Origin: Macrostomum lignano
Taxonomy: Eukaryota
Assembly: GCA_002269645.1 (NCBI GenBank)
Contig: NIVC01001548.1
Coordinates: 206,739 to 270,738, forward strand
Direction of reading: 5' to 3'
Length of the DNA stretch: 64,000 bases
Below, in pieces: positions 11,440 through 24,242 of this stretch. Made by a program: the position numbers and the translations under genes. Every line of letters begins with the position of its first letter. The stretch's first letter is position 1. The notes below the pieces were generated by a model. It saw only the letters and a program-made list of their open reading frames with translations, had not been told where the DNA came from and did no database searches.

Positions 11440-14400
11440 TCACACGCTGCTGATGGTTTGAAGGCGAAGCTGCTGCTCAAATTGCTGCTGTTGCTGCTGC
11501 GGCAGATGCAGCGGCGGCTGCACGGTCGTCGGGCGCGACTCCCGCCTGGCCGCGGCCGTGGCGGTGCGGCGCCAGAGCGCGGCAAGCAGTCGGCAGATCG
11601 CGGGCAGCAGCCAGGTGGTGGCCAGGCTGAGGACCAGCATGTAGGCCATGAGCACAGGGGCGCAGGCGGCCGGCGGCATGACGCGGCCGAAGTCGGGCCG
11701 GCCGTACAGGGCTGGCAAGATGCAGCGGCCGGTGAGCCCGGTTAGCAGGTTGCCGATGAGGAAGTAGGCCAGGCCGTGCTGGTCCACCAGCTGCAGGAAG
11801 GGGGACGCCGGCGGGGGAGGTGGCTGGGACAGGTGCTCGGACTGGTGCTCCCGCTGGTGCTCGCGCAGGTGCACATTGTTGGAGCTGACCGGGTAGGGGC
11901 CGGCCAGGGCCGCAAACAGGCAGGACGCGAAGGCGCAGGCGGCCATGTAGGCGCAGCAGAAGCCGAGGATCCACGCCACGTAGGCGGCGTTGCCCAGGCG
12001 CCGGGACTCCGGCAGGGCAAGCCCGGCAGCTGGCAGGACGCGGAGCGCCAGGGTGGCGGCGGCCACCGCTGCGCACCAGCCGGTCACGCGGCCGACATCA
12101 GCTGGCCGACGGCTGGCTAGGACGGGCAGGGCAAGACGGCCGACCTGCAGCGCCAGCAGGTAGAGGCAGTAAAGGCCCAGACAGGCCACCAGGCCCTCTC
12201 GGTTGGCCTCGAAGAAGCCGGCATCGCGTCTGGCGGTCAGAGCGGCCGCGGCCGCCGCCGCCGGAGCTTGTGCATCGGCCGCGGATTCTGGCCGGACGAT
12301 GGTGATGGCCAGCCGGCCGACCGGGCCAAGGGCCACCTCGTAGGCGGCCAACAGGAGACAGGCGGGCAGCGCCGGCGGCAGGCGCGACTGTGGCGGCAGC
12401 AGCAGCAGCTCGGTAGCGGAGCCCACCATCTTCACTGCGGCAAGCGTAAAGAACACATTCCAGTCCCGGCCGTACTCCTCCACGGCCTGGGCGGTGGAGG
12501 CAGAGTCTGGGATGAATGCATCCATTGTTTATCCCACACTCCCCATCCTCGCTCCCACACTCCTTATCCCCGCTCCCACACTCCTTATCCCCGCTCACAC
12601 ACTCCTTATCCCCGCTCACACACTCCTTATCCCCGCTCAAACACTCCTTATCCCCGCTCACACACTCCTTATCCCCGCTCACACACTCCTTATCCCCGCT
12701 CTCACACTCCTTATCCCCGCTCACACACTTCTTATCCCCGCTCACACACTCCTTATCCCCGCTTACACACTCCTTATCCCCGCTCACACTCCTTATCCCC
12801 GCTCACACTCCTTATCCCCGCTCACACTCCTTATCCCCGCTTACACACTCCTTATCCCCGCTCTCATACTCCTTATCCCCGCTTACACACTCCTTATCCC
12901 CGCTCATACACTCCTTATCCCCGCTCACACACTCCTTATCCCCGCTCACACACTCCTTATCCCCGCTCACACACTCCTTATCCCCGCTCACACACTCCTT
13001 ATCCCCGCTCACACACTCCTTATCCCCGCTCACACACTCCCCGCTCACAAACTCCTTATCCCCGCTCACACACTCCTTATCTCCGCTCACACACTCCCCG
13101 CTCACACACTCCTTATCCCCGCTCACACACTCCTTATCCCCGCTCACACACTCCTTATCTCCGCTCACACACTCCTTATCCCCGCTCACACACTTCTTAT
13201 CTCCGCTCACACACTCCTTATCCCCGCTCACACACTCCCCGCTCACACACTCCTTATCCCCGCTCCCACACTCCTTGGCCCCGCTCCCACACTTCTTATC
13301 TCCGCTCCCACACTCCTTATCCTCGCCCCCACACACCGTACCTGATCGGGTGCCACCGCCAGCCGCACCAGTCCGCAGCCGGTCAGCAGCAGGCACAGTA
13401 CGGTCTGCTTCAGCAGCGCCGCCTGCCGCTGGTGCCGGTTGAGCGCCCGAGCCCGGCAGGTGGGCGCCGTCAGGCCCATCAGAAAGACGAAGCAGCCGAG
13501 GCCGACATCCATCAGGCCGGTGCCAAAGGTGCGCGTCTTGCCGAATGGAAGCCGAAAACAGGGTAAGTCCCTGGCGGAGCAGCAGAGGGGCGGAGGCTTT
13601 GAGATTTTGTTGGCTCAATGACGATGCATTTGGGAAGGTGGCAAACCCTAGACTAGAACAGTCACGGACCAATCAGAATCTGGGACGGAAGTGAACCAAT
13701 CAGAATATGGGACGGAAGCGGACCAATCAGAATGTGGGACAGTCACGGACCAATCAGAATCTGGGACAGTCACGGACCAATCAGAATCTGAGAAAGTCAC
13801 GGACCAATCAGAATCTGGGACAGTCACGGACCAATCAGAATCTGAGAAAGTCACGGACCAATCAGAATCTGGGACAGTCACGGACCAATCAGAATCTGAG
13901 AAAGTCACGGACCAATCAGAATCTGGGACAGTCACGGACCAATCAGAATCTGAAAGTCACGGACAAACCCGAATCTAGGACGGAAGCGAACCAATCAGAA
14001 TCTAGGACGGAAGCGGACCAATCAGTACCTGGCGCTAAAGTGAGTCAATCAGTTTGGGAGAGTCACACACACCTGGCCAGAATGCAGGCGCATGTTGGCA
14101 AATAGATGAGGCCCCGAAACTCGGTGATGAAGCGCGCTCGGCCGGCCTGCTCGGCGCTGAACGCGGGCTCCCCGAGTTCCGCCGGCAGCCACCAGAGCCA
14201 CTGTCCCCGCCGCCGCCGGGCCAGCAGTCTGGCCAGGGCGGCCACATTGACCGCCACGGCGACGACAGCCGAGACTGCCACAGGCACTGCGTAGCTGGCA
14301 GCCGGAAAGGTGACGATGCACAGGCAGAAGGCGCTGGTGATGAGGCCGTGGTCAAGCAGCAGGTGGCCAAGGCGGCCAGCGCGGTTCGCCAGGCCGGGCG

Positions 14401-14581
14401 CCAGACACAGCAGGGCATTCCGGCTGCTCAGGCCCAGCACGAGGGGCAGCACGGCGACAAAGACTTCCCAGATGGCGCAGCGGACGGGCTCGGTGTGGTG
14501 CTTGAAGCCCGGCACCAGCGGGTGGTAGGGCGAGAACTCGCCAACCACCTTCTGCTGCTGCGGAGCCTGGCCCGCCACAGC
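11440..14581 (-). CDS. PIGW: GPI inositol acyltransferase PIG-W/GWT1 (start codon not found in the genomic sequence)
   Basis: Exons 14581-14073, 13570-13342, 12486-11440 join in frame. Motifs: FITEFRGLIYLPTCACILARDLPCFRLPFGKTRTFGTGLMDVGLGCFVF, EEYGRDWNVFFTL, NREGL, SRRLGNAAYVAW, NQHGLAYFLIGNLLTGL-like (VDQHGLAYFLIGNLLTG). Confidence 0.88.
12533..13330. repeat. 21-bp minisatellite (cacactccttatccccgctca), ~38 copies, fills the last PIGW intron
   Basis: Read directly. Confidence 0.95.
13662..14025. repeat. 27-bp minisatellite (ggaccaatcagaatctgggacagtcac) in a PIGW intron
   Basis: Read directly. Confidence 0.92.
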
Positions 14582-14867
14582 CTGGATGGGGAGTTTGAAC
14601 AGGCCTAGTTACTGCTGGGGATTTAACGGGCAGCTAACAAACATGAACTAACAAAACTGAACAAAAACATAAACAAAACACAGAATTTTTGACTATAGGG
14701 ACGAGAACAAACAAAGGAATCTCATTGTTGTTTAAACGGTTTAGTGATCAGGGAAGCCCCAAGCGCTTTCTTCTGGTTTCCTATCAGAGAATCCCCTGAG
14801 TATTATATAAACGACTCGAATCGAACTAACAGGGGAATACCCTAGGGTCTATGTGTTTTTAAACGAG

Positions 14868-15262
14868 TACCAATCAGGGAATCCCTAAGTGTTCTAAAAC
14901 GAAACCAATCAGGGAATCCCTAAGTGTTCTGAGAATCAATCAGGGAATCCCTAAGTGTTCTGATAATCAATCAGGGAATCCCCAAGTGCTCCAAAACGAG
15001 AATCAATCAGGAAATAACCAAGTCTTCAAAAACGAAACCAATCAGGGAATCCCCAAGTGTTCTGAGAATCAATCAGGGAATGTTCAAGAGTTTTAAAACG
15101 AGAATCAACCAGGGAATCCCTAAGTGTTCTAAAACGAGAATCAACCAGGGAATCCCTAAGTGTTCTAAAACGAGAATCAACCAGGGAATCCCTAAGTGTT
15201 CTAAAACGAGAAACCAACCAGGGAATCCCCAAGTGTTCTAAAACGAGAAACCAATCAGGGAA
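14868..15262. repeat. 32-36-bp minisatellite with core aatcagggaatccctaagtgttct
   Basis: Read directly. Confidence 0.88.
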
Positions 15263-15856
15263 TCAAACAAAAAGCAAGGCCAACAGAAGGTCGTGAATCG
15301 TGATGAGGGGAATACAAAATCCATATATATATTTAGTAGAAGCGATAAGAAATGGCGGGTAACACCGAACTCCAAGAGGCATAAAGTAGGCGATTACAAA
15401 ATCCGATCTAAAGAAAAAACTGCATGACTTGGCGCAGATTAACTGGGAAAAATGGAGCGGTTTTAGAGAATTTTTCAGTTTGCGGAAGTAGAATTAAAAT
15501 ATGGAAAATTACCGGACTGCAAAGATCAGAATGAATAGGCGGAATATTTATAAATATTAAATTATATGAAGTTCCTACAACCGACTAACAATAAGTATAA
15601 ACTATAAAACGATTTGCAATTCTAAATTATTAAAGCAAACAAACTCTAACTGCCTAGCCCAGCTTGGAGAGCAATATTACATGGATGAATTTGTTTAACT
15701 AAATAGCAGTACAAAACCGATACAAAAGGAAAGATTGGTCAATTCAATCGAATGAAAAAACACCTTTTACCAATGTTTAAATAATACGAGCGTATTAGAA
15801 TTGTACGGCGGATATTAGTATATTTAAATCAACGGCGTCAGACATGCAAGCTATAG

Positions 15857-16060
15857 AGACAGTCAACAAGCCTGTCCCAGCCAATCAGAGACAGTCAACA
15901 AGCTATTCATACTGTCCCAGCCAATCAGAGACAGTCAACAAGCTATTCATACTGTCCCAGCCAATCAGAGACAGTCAAAAAGCTATTCATACTGTCCCAG
16001 CCAATCAGAGACAGTCAAAAATCTAGTCCCACTGTCCCAGCCAATCAGAGACAGTCACCA
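15857..16060. repeat. 40-bp minisatellite (gagacagtcaacaagctattcatactgtcccagccaatca), ~5 copies, just after the CYB5R stop
   Basis: Read directly. Confidence 0.9.
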
Positions 16061-16064
16061 GCAA

Positions 16065-19000
16065 TCAGTAGGAGAACAGCATATCGGGCTTGAATCCGAG
16101 CTTCTCCAGGCTGGGCATGCAGGCAAAGTTGATCATAGGCGGCGGGCCGCACATCAGCACCAGGGTGTCCTCGCCAGGCGGGAACAGGTGCTCGCCGATC
16201 ATTTCGGAGTTGACAAAGCCCGAGCTGTAGCGCCAGTCCTCGGGCGGCCGGTCTAGGGTGTACCAGAGCTTGAACTGGCTCGGTTTCGAGTCGCGCAGCT
16301 GCTCGAGCTCGTCGCGCAGCAGGATGTCCTGCTCGGTCTGATTGGCGAATAGCAGCGCCAGCTGAGTCTTATCCGTGTCCGCGTGGCCCAGCACCTGCTG
16401 GATGAGCTGGTACATCGGCGTGATGCCCGTCCCGCCGGCGATCATGGCAACCCGGCGGACCCGCTTAGCAACCGGCGGCGACTTCTTGTCCGGCCGGATC
16501 TGGAACTGGCCGCTGCCTTCGTACACCAGCCGGCCGGAGGGGCCGCGCACGTCAACGCAGTCGCCCTCCTTCAGCGACTCGAGGTACTGCGACATTTTGC
16601 CACCGTCTGGGAACTTCGGGTGCACGTTCTGGAGAGAGAGAGACGGGGAGGGGAGAGTTGAAAATGCTAAACTGTAGCTACTAGTCTAGAAGCATCGAGG
16701 AAGCCAACCAAGACTGGACGGCAGAGACTTTGCCAGATTTCAATTTCTATTAAAACTGTCTACTATAAGTAGCTTACACGCGAATATGCTGGGTGGCCGA
16801 TCTACTTATTATAGTATCTTAATACAGCTAACTACAACTGACCCAGTTAACCTCCTATGGATGGCTCCTATATTGCAAACCCCAAGCTGTGACTCATACT
16901 TCACCATATGTATATATAGAGAGAGCCTCTCACCTTGAAGTAGACCTTAATAACCAGATCAAAGTGGCCCTTCTGCTCGTCCGAAGTTGTCGGCGTGTAC
17001 GGCCGGACAACGGGATCGCCGTCGATGCGGGCGTGCAGGTAGATGTGCTGGCCGACCGGCAGGCCGAGCACGTGGTCCCGGCTGGGCAGGGCGAAGCGGA
17101 ACCGCCTGGTGTCGTGGCTGATGATCTCCTTGTCAACCAGGCGCAACGGATATTTCACGTTGGCGTCCTGCAGTGTCACCAGGCGTTTGGGCTTGCGCGA
17201 ACCCCAGAACAGCTTGTAGACGGCCACGGACAGCAGGATGATGGCGCCGCCGCCACCGACTATCAGCATCTGTGCGATTGTTAGCGAGCAGTTAATTGTG
17301 CAAGTAGATAGCAACAGATTGGGGAATACTATTTCCCCCCTGCATCAATTCGGGAATTCCCAAGTGTTTTCCTCTGCATCAATCAGGGAATTCCCAAGTG
17401 TTTTCCTCTGCATCAATTCGGGAATTCCCAAGTGTTTTCCTCTGTATCAATCAGGGAATTCCCAAGTGTTTTCCTCTGCATCAATCAGGGAATTCCCAAG
17501 TGTTTTCCTTTGCATTAATTAAGGAATTCCCAAGTGTTTTCCTCTGCATCAATCAGGGAATTCCCAAGTGTTTTCCTCTGCATCAATCAGGGAATTTCCT
17601 GTTGTTTTCTCCTGCATCAATAAGGGGATTACCAGCTGCTTTCTCAGCTTCTCCCATAATTCTATAACTTTATTTGAATACCATTTAAAAATAGCATTCT
17701 TTGGTACATGCCATGTCAATGGTAAATACTTATTTAGTCTTCATTGATTTTTAAAGTATAACTTTTACACTCGTAAAAGTAAAAAGCCTTTTTCCAAATG
17801 TTACTTTTTCTATACAAAAAATTATAAAAATGTCTTTACAGTTAATGCACATTAAATGATAAATTGCAAATATTATAATTAAACACTGAAACATGGGCTC
17901 TCAAAACTACATTAGCACATTCCCAAAAACACATCAAAAAGGACAAAATTTGTACATTTTAATTAGCCCAATCTAGAGGTACAAGTAAAACAAACTCTCA
18001 AAAATGAACTTAAACTAACCCTAATCAAACTAATAATAACTAATATGATTAAAACAAATAACAAAAGTGAGATTATATTAATATTATGGAAAAAATATTT
18101 TGATACTCAATAGATTATATATAAGTCCTTAAAAATAGCTTTGTTGAACTCATTGTTAAAGTCATTGTTGCATTATTAAATAAAATAGTAAAAAAACACA
18201 AAAAGCATTTTAAAAGTCTGAGTTGACTGATTTGCAATTTTTTGTTTCACTTTTTTCATTTATAAACAATTAGTTTTTAGACTTGAAGACCTTAGAATGG
18301 AAGGCTAATTTTTTTACTACTTACAAAACAGAAAGTATTCTATGTTTAAATTTTTATTTTATTTAAAAAGACAAAAGATTTCTAAGGATTTCTAAGTTTT
18401 TCTAAAAAAAACTTGCAAAAATTCATACTAATTTAAAGTGCAAAGTTTGCCAGCAAACATCCATATACTAAAAATGGTCTATCGTCTTTTTCTAAAAGTA
18501 AATATACTGCTAATTCCTTGTTGCAAAATAACCTTTAAGTTGTTTTCTTTCATTTAAATATCAACTTGAATAATATTAGTATATATAATATGGCTATATT
18601 TAGACTTGAATTTTTTGGGTAAAAAATGGTATCAGAAAATGTGAACCCGGCATCTAAATCAAATGCTTCCTATAGGCTTAAGAGACAATAAAGAACAATG
18701 AAATTATACTTATTATGTATTATTGTGGCATGTATGCAAGAAAAAGAATTTTCCAAATTGCTTCAGTTCAGTAGAAGCTAAGTAAAATACAATTTTCCAA
18801 TCCTTATGGGAATTCTAATGTGTTATCCAGCTTCCAAATTAGATGCTTCCTATAGGCTTATGAGGCAACAAAGAACAATGAAATTATACTTAAATATGTA
18901 TCATTGTGGCATATATGCAGGAAAAAAGAATTTTCCAAATTGCTTCAGTAGAAGCTGAGTAAAATGCATCTTTACAATAATTTGTATGCTTAAATAATAA

Positions 19001-20076
19001 ACTTATGTTGAATACAGTATTTATTGCAAATGAACTCTAAAAAATACATATTTTCAATAGTAACAAAAGTGATGAACAAATAAACCCTCAAAAAGAATAC
19101 TAAATGTGTTATAGCATTATAGAATGTAATATTATAAGATACTTAAAGTTAATAAATACAATATTAGAGTTTTTTTATCATTTTTATGAGTCATTTTAGT
19201 CATAATTTAATTTACCATTTTAACAAATCATTTTATTAAAAATAAGGCTATACAATTGAATAATTTGTGCTTTTATAGATATTTCTAACTTTTATAAACT
19301 CAAAAAAAATTATTTTATAGCTTTATTGTTTTCAAACTGCCAAAAAAACGAATGTTAAAAAAACTTGCTACTAATTTTTGGATTTTACCAGAAGCATTCT
19401 TAATCTTAGATAAATACTTTGGTGTATATAGCAAATAGATAGCAAGGAAGCAAGGAATTATAGGTATAGCACTATATAAATATTCTAATTATTTGCAAAA
19501 GAGTAGTAGGCCTATTCTTATATGTATTATAATTAAGCTGCTATGCAAATAAGCAGGTAATTGTTGGCATGGGACCATGGGAATAAGCACTGCCTATTAA
19601 CTAGTGCAAAAACATAAATTTCATGTTTTATTTGTAAATAAAGTAAAAAAACAATTAAATTATTATAGCACAAAAACACACAAAATAGAATAACAGTTCT
19701 TTAATATAACAAGAGGACTCGATTAATTTAAAAATACAAAACTTAGAAAGCAAGTTGTTTCATTTTTTGGCTTTAATTAATATTCAACCCTAGCTTAGAA
19801 ATATACTAAAATTTGAATGACAACAATATAGAAGATTCTAATAATCTTATCATGTCAATGATTTATAATAGAAAATAGAAAAAAAAATAATAATAGAAAA
19901 AAAGCAAAGCAAACTGCACGAAACAATAAAGTTTTTTTAGCTAGAACCAAAACTGTAACTGTAAGCAAGCAAGACATTTACATACTAAATTATAGATGCA
20001 GTTTATACTACTCGTAATTCTAATTGTCGCATTACAACATAGCATCACGTGAAACGCTTACCGTTGTGTTAACCAT
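16065..20076 (-). CDS. CYB5R3: NADH-cytochrome b5 reductase, membrane-anchored form (~304 aa)
   Basis: Exons 17269-16934 and 16628-16065 (firm), plus a likely first micro-exon 20076-20062 (ATG GTT AAC ACA ACG|GTAAG). Motifs: [57 protein letters not shown]. Confidence 0.93.
17338..17600. repeat. 34-bp minisatellite (tgcatcaatcagggaattcccaagtgttttcctc), ~7 copies
   Basis: Read directly. Confidence 0.92.
18661..18970. repeat. Diverged ~180-bp tandem duplication inside an AT-rich intron segment
   Basis: atgcttcctataggctta...aaagaacaatgaaattatact...ttttccaaattgcttcag occurs at ~18663 and ~18843. Confidence 0.85.
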
Positions 20077-21801
20077 GACGTGTGCTATTCTATTTGGGAA
20101 AAGCTGAAATCTCCCAGTTATTGAGTCAACGACCAACGTTTGAAAAAAGCGACCAGACCAGTATTAAATTGTTATTAAATTTTTTCAAAGTCAGTTTTCG
20201 TGGAAAAAAGTATCGTTTAAACAAACTGTTTAATTAATATATCCTCATTTTAAACAGGGTTAAAAAAATTTAGTAAACTTTCTGCTGTTAGTTTTTTATT
20301 CCAAGACTAATCGTATTCGTTTTGTAAATTTTGACTACCGTTCAATTAAGGCGAAAGATTTCGTTAATGAAATTCAAAAGTCTTCGTCAACTAGTAAAAT
20401 CCCACCACTGTTTCTAACCTAGGACGACTGAAGTAATCTATATATAATCCAATTAAGTAGTCCTTGTTTCTAACGAAGCCCTGCACGAAGCCCTTTTTCA
20501 TTACTTCTATTTTTCTCTACCATGTCAACAATTTCACATATGGCAACGTCAGGGATCGACGACAATAGAACAAACATATGCGAAATAAGCTAGTAAAAAG
20601 TAAAACAGTCTTCGTATGTAGGTGTTGTTAGTTGAGAATAAGCGTGCCTATTCGGCGCATAAAATATTGTATTGGGGGCTGGAGTGAAAGTGTTGATCAG
20701 CTCTTGAGAGCAATGGAGGAAATACAGCCAGAGCCCTCATATCGCGGAGCAAAACTGCAGCTTATGTCTGGAAAAACTCTAGCTTTTATCATTCGGTGTC
20801 GGTGCATAGCCAGCACTACGTAAAACTGACCCGATTCGTATTCTATGCGAGCTATTCTCCACAAGAGAAGTTAAATAATAAGCATCTGTTGGTATTATTA
20901 TTACACGTATAAACACGTACACGTACACGTAAATGTAAAGTGCTTGCCTTTTCAAAATAAAGTACATCGACATCGGATGCATGTACAAATCAGTAACTTC
21001 GCGTGGACGTCCGGAATATTTTACACATATATGAACGCTGGGCATCTACAAATAGTACTACGCTTACGCACGTACATGTATAAAAACTTTTTCGTCATAG
21101 AGAAGATCGCATATGCACAATTTTTCATGCCCATCTGATGTTTCAAACTACTACTCGTATATACTGCTTCGGAAAGGATCATTCATAAAGCTGAAAACAC
21201 ATAATTAGCTCGTGACCTAAGAAGCCATGCCTGCATTACATCGCTTCACCAAGGACTTATAAATCCTTGGCTTCCATTTGTGTAAGACATGCGTACATGC
21301 GGACCATGCAGCATGGTTTATATATCGATCGTTGATACGTACGTTCGTATTAAAAATAGTTTAAGGATTTACATTTTACTGAGGAAATAGATCATAACTG
21401 TGGAAAGAAGACCAGCACCAGCAAAAAGTACAGTAATTTATACACAGGATCGCAGAAAATAGCCATGCCAGTATAATACCACACGATTAGACTGCAATAA
21501 CGATAAATAAAAATATACGAGCTTATAAAGGGTATGAGACCAGTAAAAATGCACATAGAACATTTTTGGGGCGAAGCATTATATACAGATTCCTTTCTGA
21601 AGCATAAAATCAGGCTATAATAGTGTTATTGTAATTCCACGCTGATCCTACCACGCGATAAACTGCATGGCGAGTCAAAGTAAGATCGTTTACGCGTATC
21701 ATATACTGGGCCAAAAGAGGCTACTTTACTCATTTTTATCTTGTTCTTGGCATACTGTGCATGTGAATTCACGACACAGAATTGAGAGAGAATCGAGCAG
21801 C

Positions 21802-24242
21802 TCACGGATCGATCAGCAGAGGCTGGCTGGGATCGTCGCTAGACGTTACGGGAATCGGGACAGGAGGCTCGGAAGCTCCCGCAGCGCCCACCGCCTCCGT
21901 GGTGCCGGGTAGGTCTTCAGGCTGTACCGGCTCCGGCTCGCGCCACGGCCCGAGCTGCTCTTCCTTAAGTTCCTGTGTCAGCTCTTCGTCACTGTGCAAG
22001 TAGTTTCCAGGCGGACCGTCTCCTTCCATTGCTCGACGCAGCTTCTTAGGGTAGAATTCGACCGGGAAGCCGGCCAGGTTGCGGCCTTTGCGCAAGTTGG
22101 AGTTGAGGATGTCGCTGAAGGGCAGGTCGTCAACGTCAGCTGCGTACGGGTCCATGAGGATGAAGGCAACTTTAAACCAGCCGAGGACGAACAGCAGTTT
22201 CACGAGGGCGAACACCGGCACGTAGAGGTCCGTCCAGTACTGCCGGACGTACGGGATCTGGCCGTCCGGTACTCCGCCATCCGGTGTGGTGGCGTTCAGC
22301 GGCCCGTGCCGCTCCAGAAGAGTCTGCGTGGCAACCACTTCGATAAAGAACCAGGTGTAGACAGCGATTATCACTACCTGCAGTTGGAAAGATTTGCCAA
22401 TCAGTTTCACCTGAGCTCTTTAGATGTCTCTAGCAATGTCAATAACTCCTAAATTTGAGCACTGAGCAAGGTCTATATAACTATAATTGAGAAATGAGAA
22501 ATATATAGAGCCGCTAGAAGTGTAGCAACTGGCTCACCTGAGTGTACACCAGAGGCAGGTTCTTGTTGGCGTATTTGTTGACGGTGCTGAGCAGGGAGGA
22601 CCAATCGGAGAATGTTCCCAGCAAGAACCTGTAGGCTTCATATGTGCAGATGAAGCCCTCGGCCAGGGCTTGCTGTGCTACAGCCACTGCCCAGTGCATG
22701 GGCAGCTCGTACTCAATCGAGTAGGGCCCACGGGCCTGTCTGGCGCGTTCCTCGAACACGGCAATCTCGCTGGGTGTGATGATCTCGCCGTAGTTCTCCT
22801 GAATCACTGGGTCCTGGTTGAGCAGCACCAGATCTTGAATCAGCAGCTCGATCTGCTGCTCCCGGATGTCCTCGCGCTCGGAGACGATCCGCTGCAGAGC
22901 CGGGTAGAGGCGCTGACCGCCGTCCACGCGGAAGTGGCGCATGTCAAAGTTGCTGGAGTTCTCCAGGTGGTCGCGGCTGCGACGCATCCCCGGCACTGAG
23001 GACAGGTAGGGAGGGGAAATGGCAAGGAGTAGGATGGAACAGTAGGATGGAGAAGATAAGCTAAAAGGGAAAGGACTGGATAGGTAGAAAAAGGAAAAGA
23101 CACAGAGCATATTCAACTTTTTAAGAATCTTCTCCCCCCAATTCAGCCTTGAAGCCGTACTCACAGTGCGTCACCGTAAAGCGGTTGGTCTCGCTGATGA
23201 GGTTGCGGAGCATCCGGAATCGCTGCTTAATCTTTTCGCTCACCTTCCACATGTACAGCAGCCAGGCCAGGTTGAGGTAGCGCGACATTGTCAGCCTGAT
23301 TTTCTCCGCCCTTCGCGGCTGCCCGCTGTTGAACACAATGGCCTCGATGCGCAGCGCCGTGGTTCCCATGGTTGGAATATCCTGCGGTTGGTCGGGTCTT
23401 CAATATAATCGATTCCCACTCATTCGCTCAATGAAGATGCTCAGCACTTTGTCTGTCACTGCCCTTTCTTTACCATAGACCGGCTACGCTACCTCGGGCC
23501 GAACCCGTCTATTGACGAGGTCTGCCAGCCCGACAGCATCCCACGGCTCATCCAGTTCCTTCGGGCGACAAGACAAGCCGCGTTCTTGCCTACGGAAGAT
23601 CACGCTGCAGGACGGACCGCGATCACCCTGACCGGCCCCACGCCTTTGCCTGTCTGCGGGCCTTCAGGGCCTAGCGGAATGGGCGACCCTCGCCTCCCCG
23701 CTGTGTCTACGGACCGCCCTGCAGCTAAGTGAAAGTAAGTTCGCTCTTCCTTAACTAGTTTTATCCTCTTTGCCAGTGCTTCTACCACTCCTTTCCTAAG
23801 ACGTCAGGCCACTCACCAAGTATGACTTCCACCAGCGGTCCACCACAGTGCTAACGTAGAATCCCAGCAGGAAGGTTACCGGAAGACTTGACTGCAGCTC
23901 AGCCACAGAGTGCACCAGTCGGGCAAATCTTTGCTGATGAACTTCGGGCAGCGCGTGCCGGTACAGCAGGTTCACAATTGTGTACAGAGTAGCCCACAGC
24001 AGCACGTCTGGCCACACGAGACTGTAGACGCTGACCTTCCAGTGCAGCAGGTAGCGAATCATCAGCGTGTAGTTCATCGGCTTCTGCTTGTTGTAGATGA
24101 AGGCAAACAGGCGGTGCCGCAGTCGCCGAATCTCCTTGTGCGCCTCGGCCGGAGTCTGCGGATCGTCAGCCGACGACTGGCCGGGGCAGCAACGGCGGCG
24201 CAGCCGAGCGCAGAGGGACTCACCAGATGATGATAAGGACAT
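21802..24242 (-). CDS. BEST: Bestrophin-family anion channel (~558 aa), divergent
   Basis: Exons 24242-23817, 23381-23165, 22995-22538, 22377-21802 with consistent phases. Motifs: LLHWKVSVYSL, PVTFLLGFYVSTVVDRWW, RYLNL, LPLVYTQVVIIAVYTWF, GWFKVA. Confidence 0.88.

Noticed and set aside
12098-13672. Long ORFs of 229-432 aa (SGDKECV / PRSHTPY repeats)
   Set aside because: Translations of the 21-bp intronic minisatellite in PIGW
20400-21660. Short ORFs between CYB5R and bestrophin
   Set aside because: Under 90 aa, no motifs, codon style unlike real exons here
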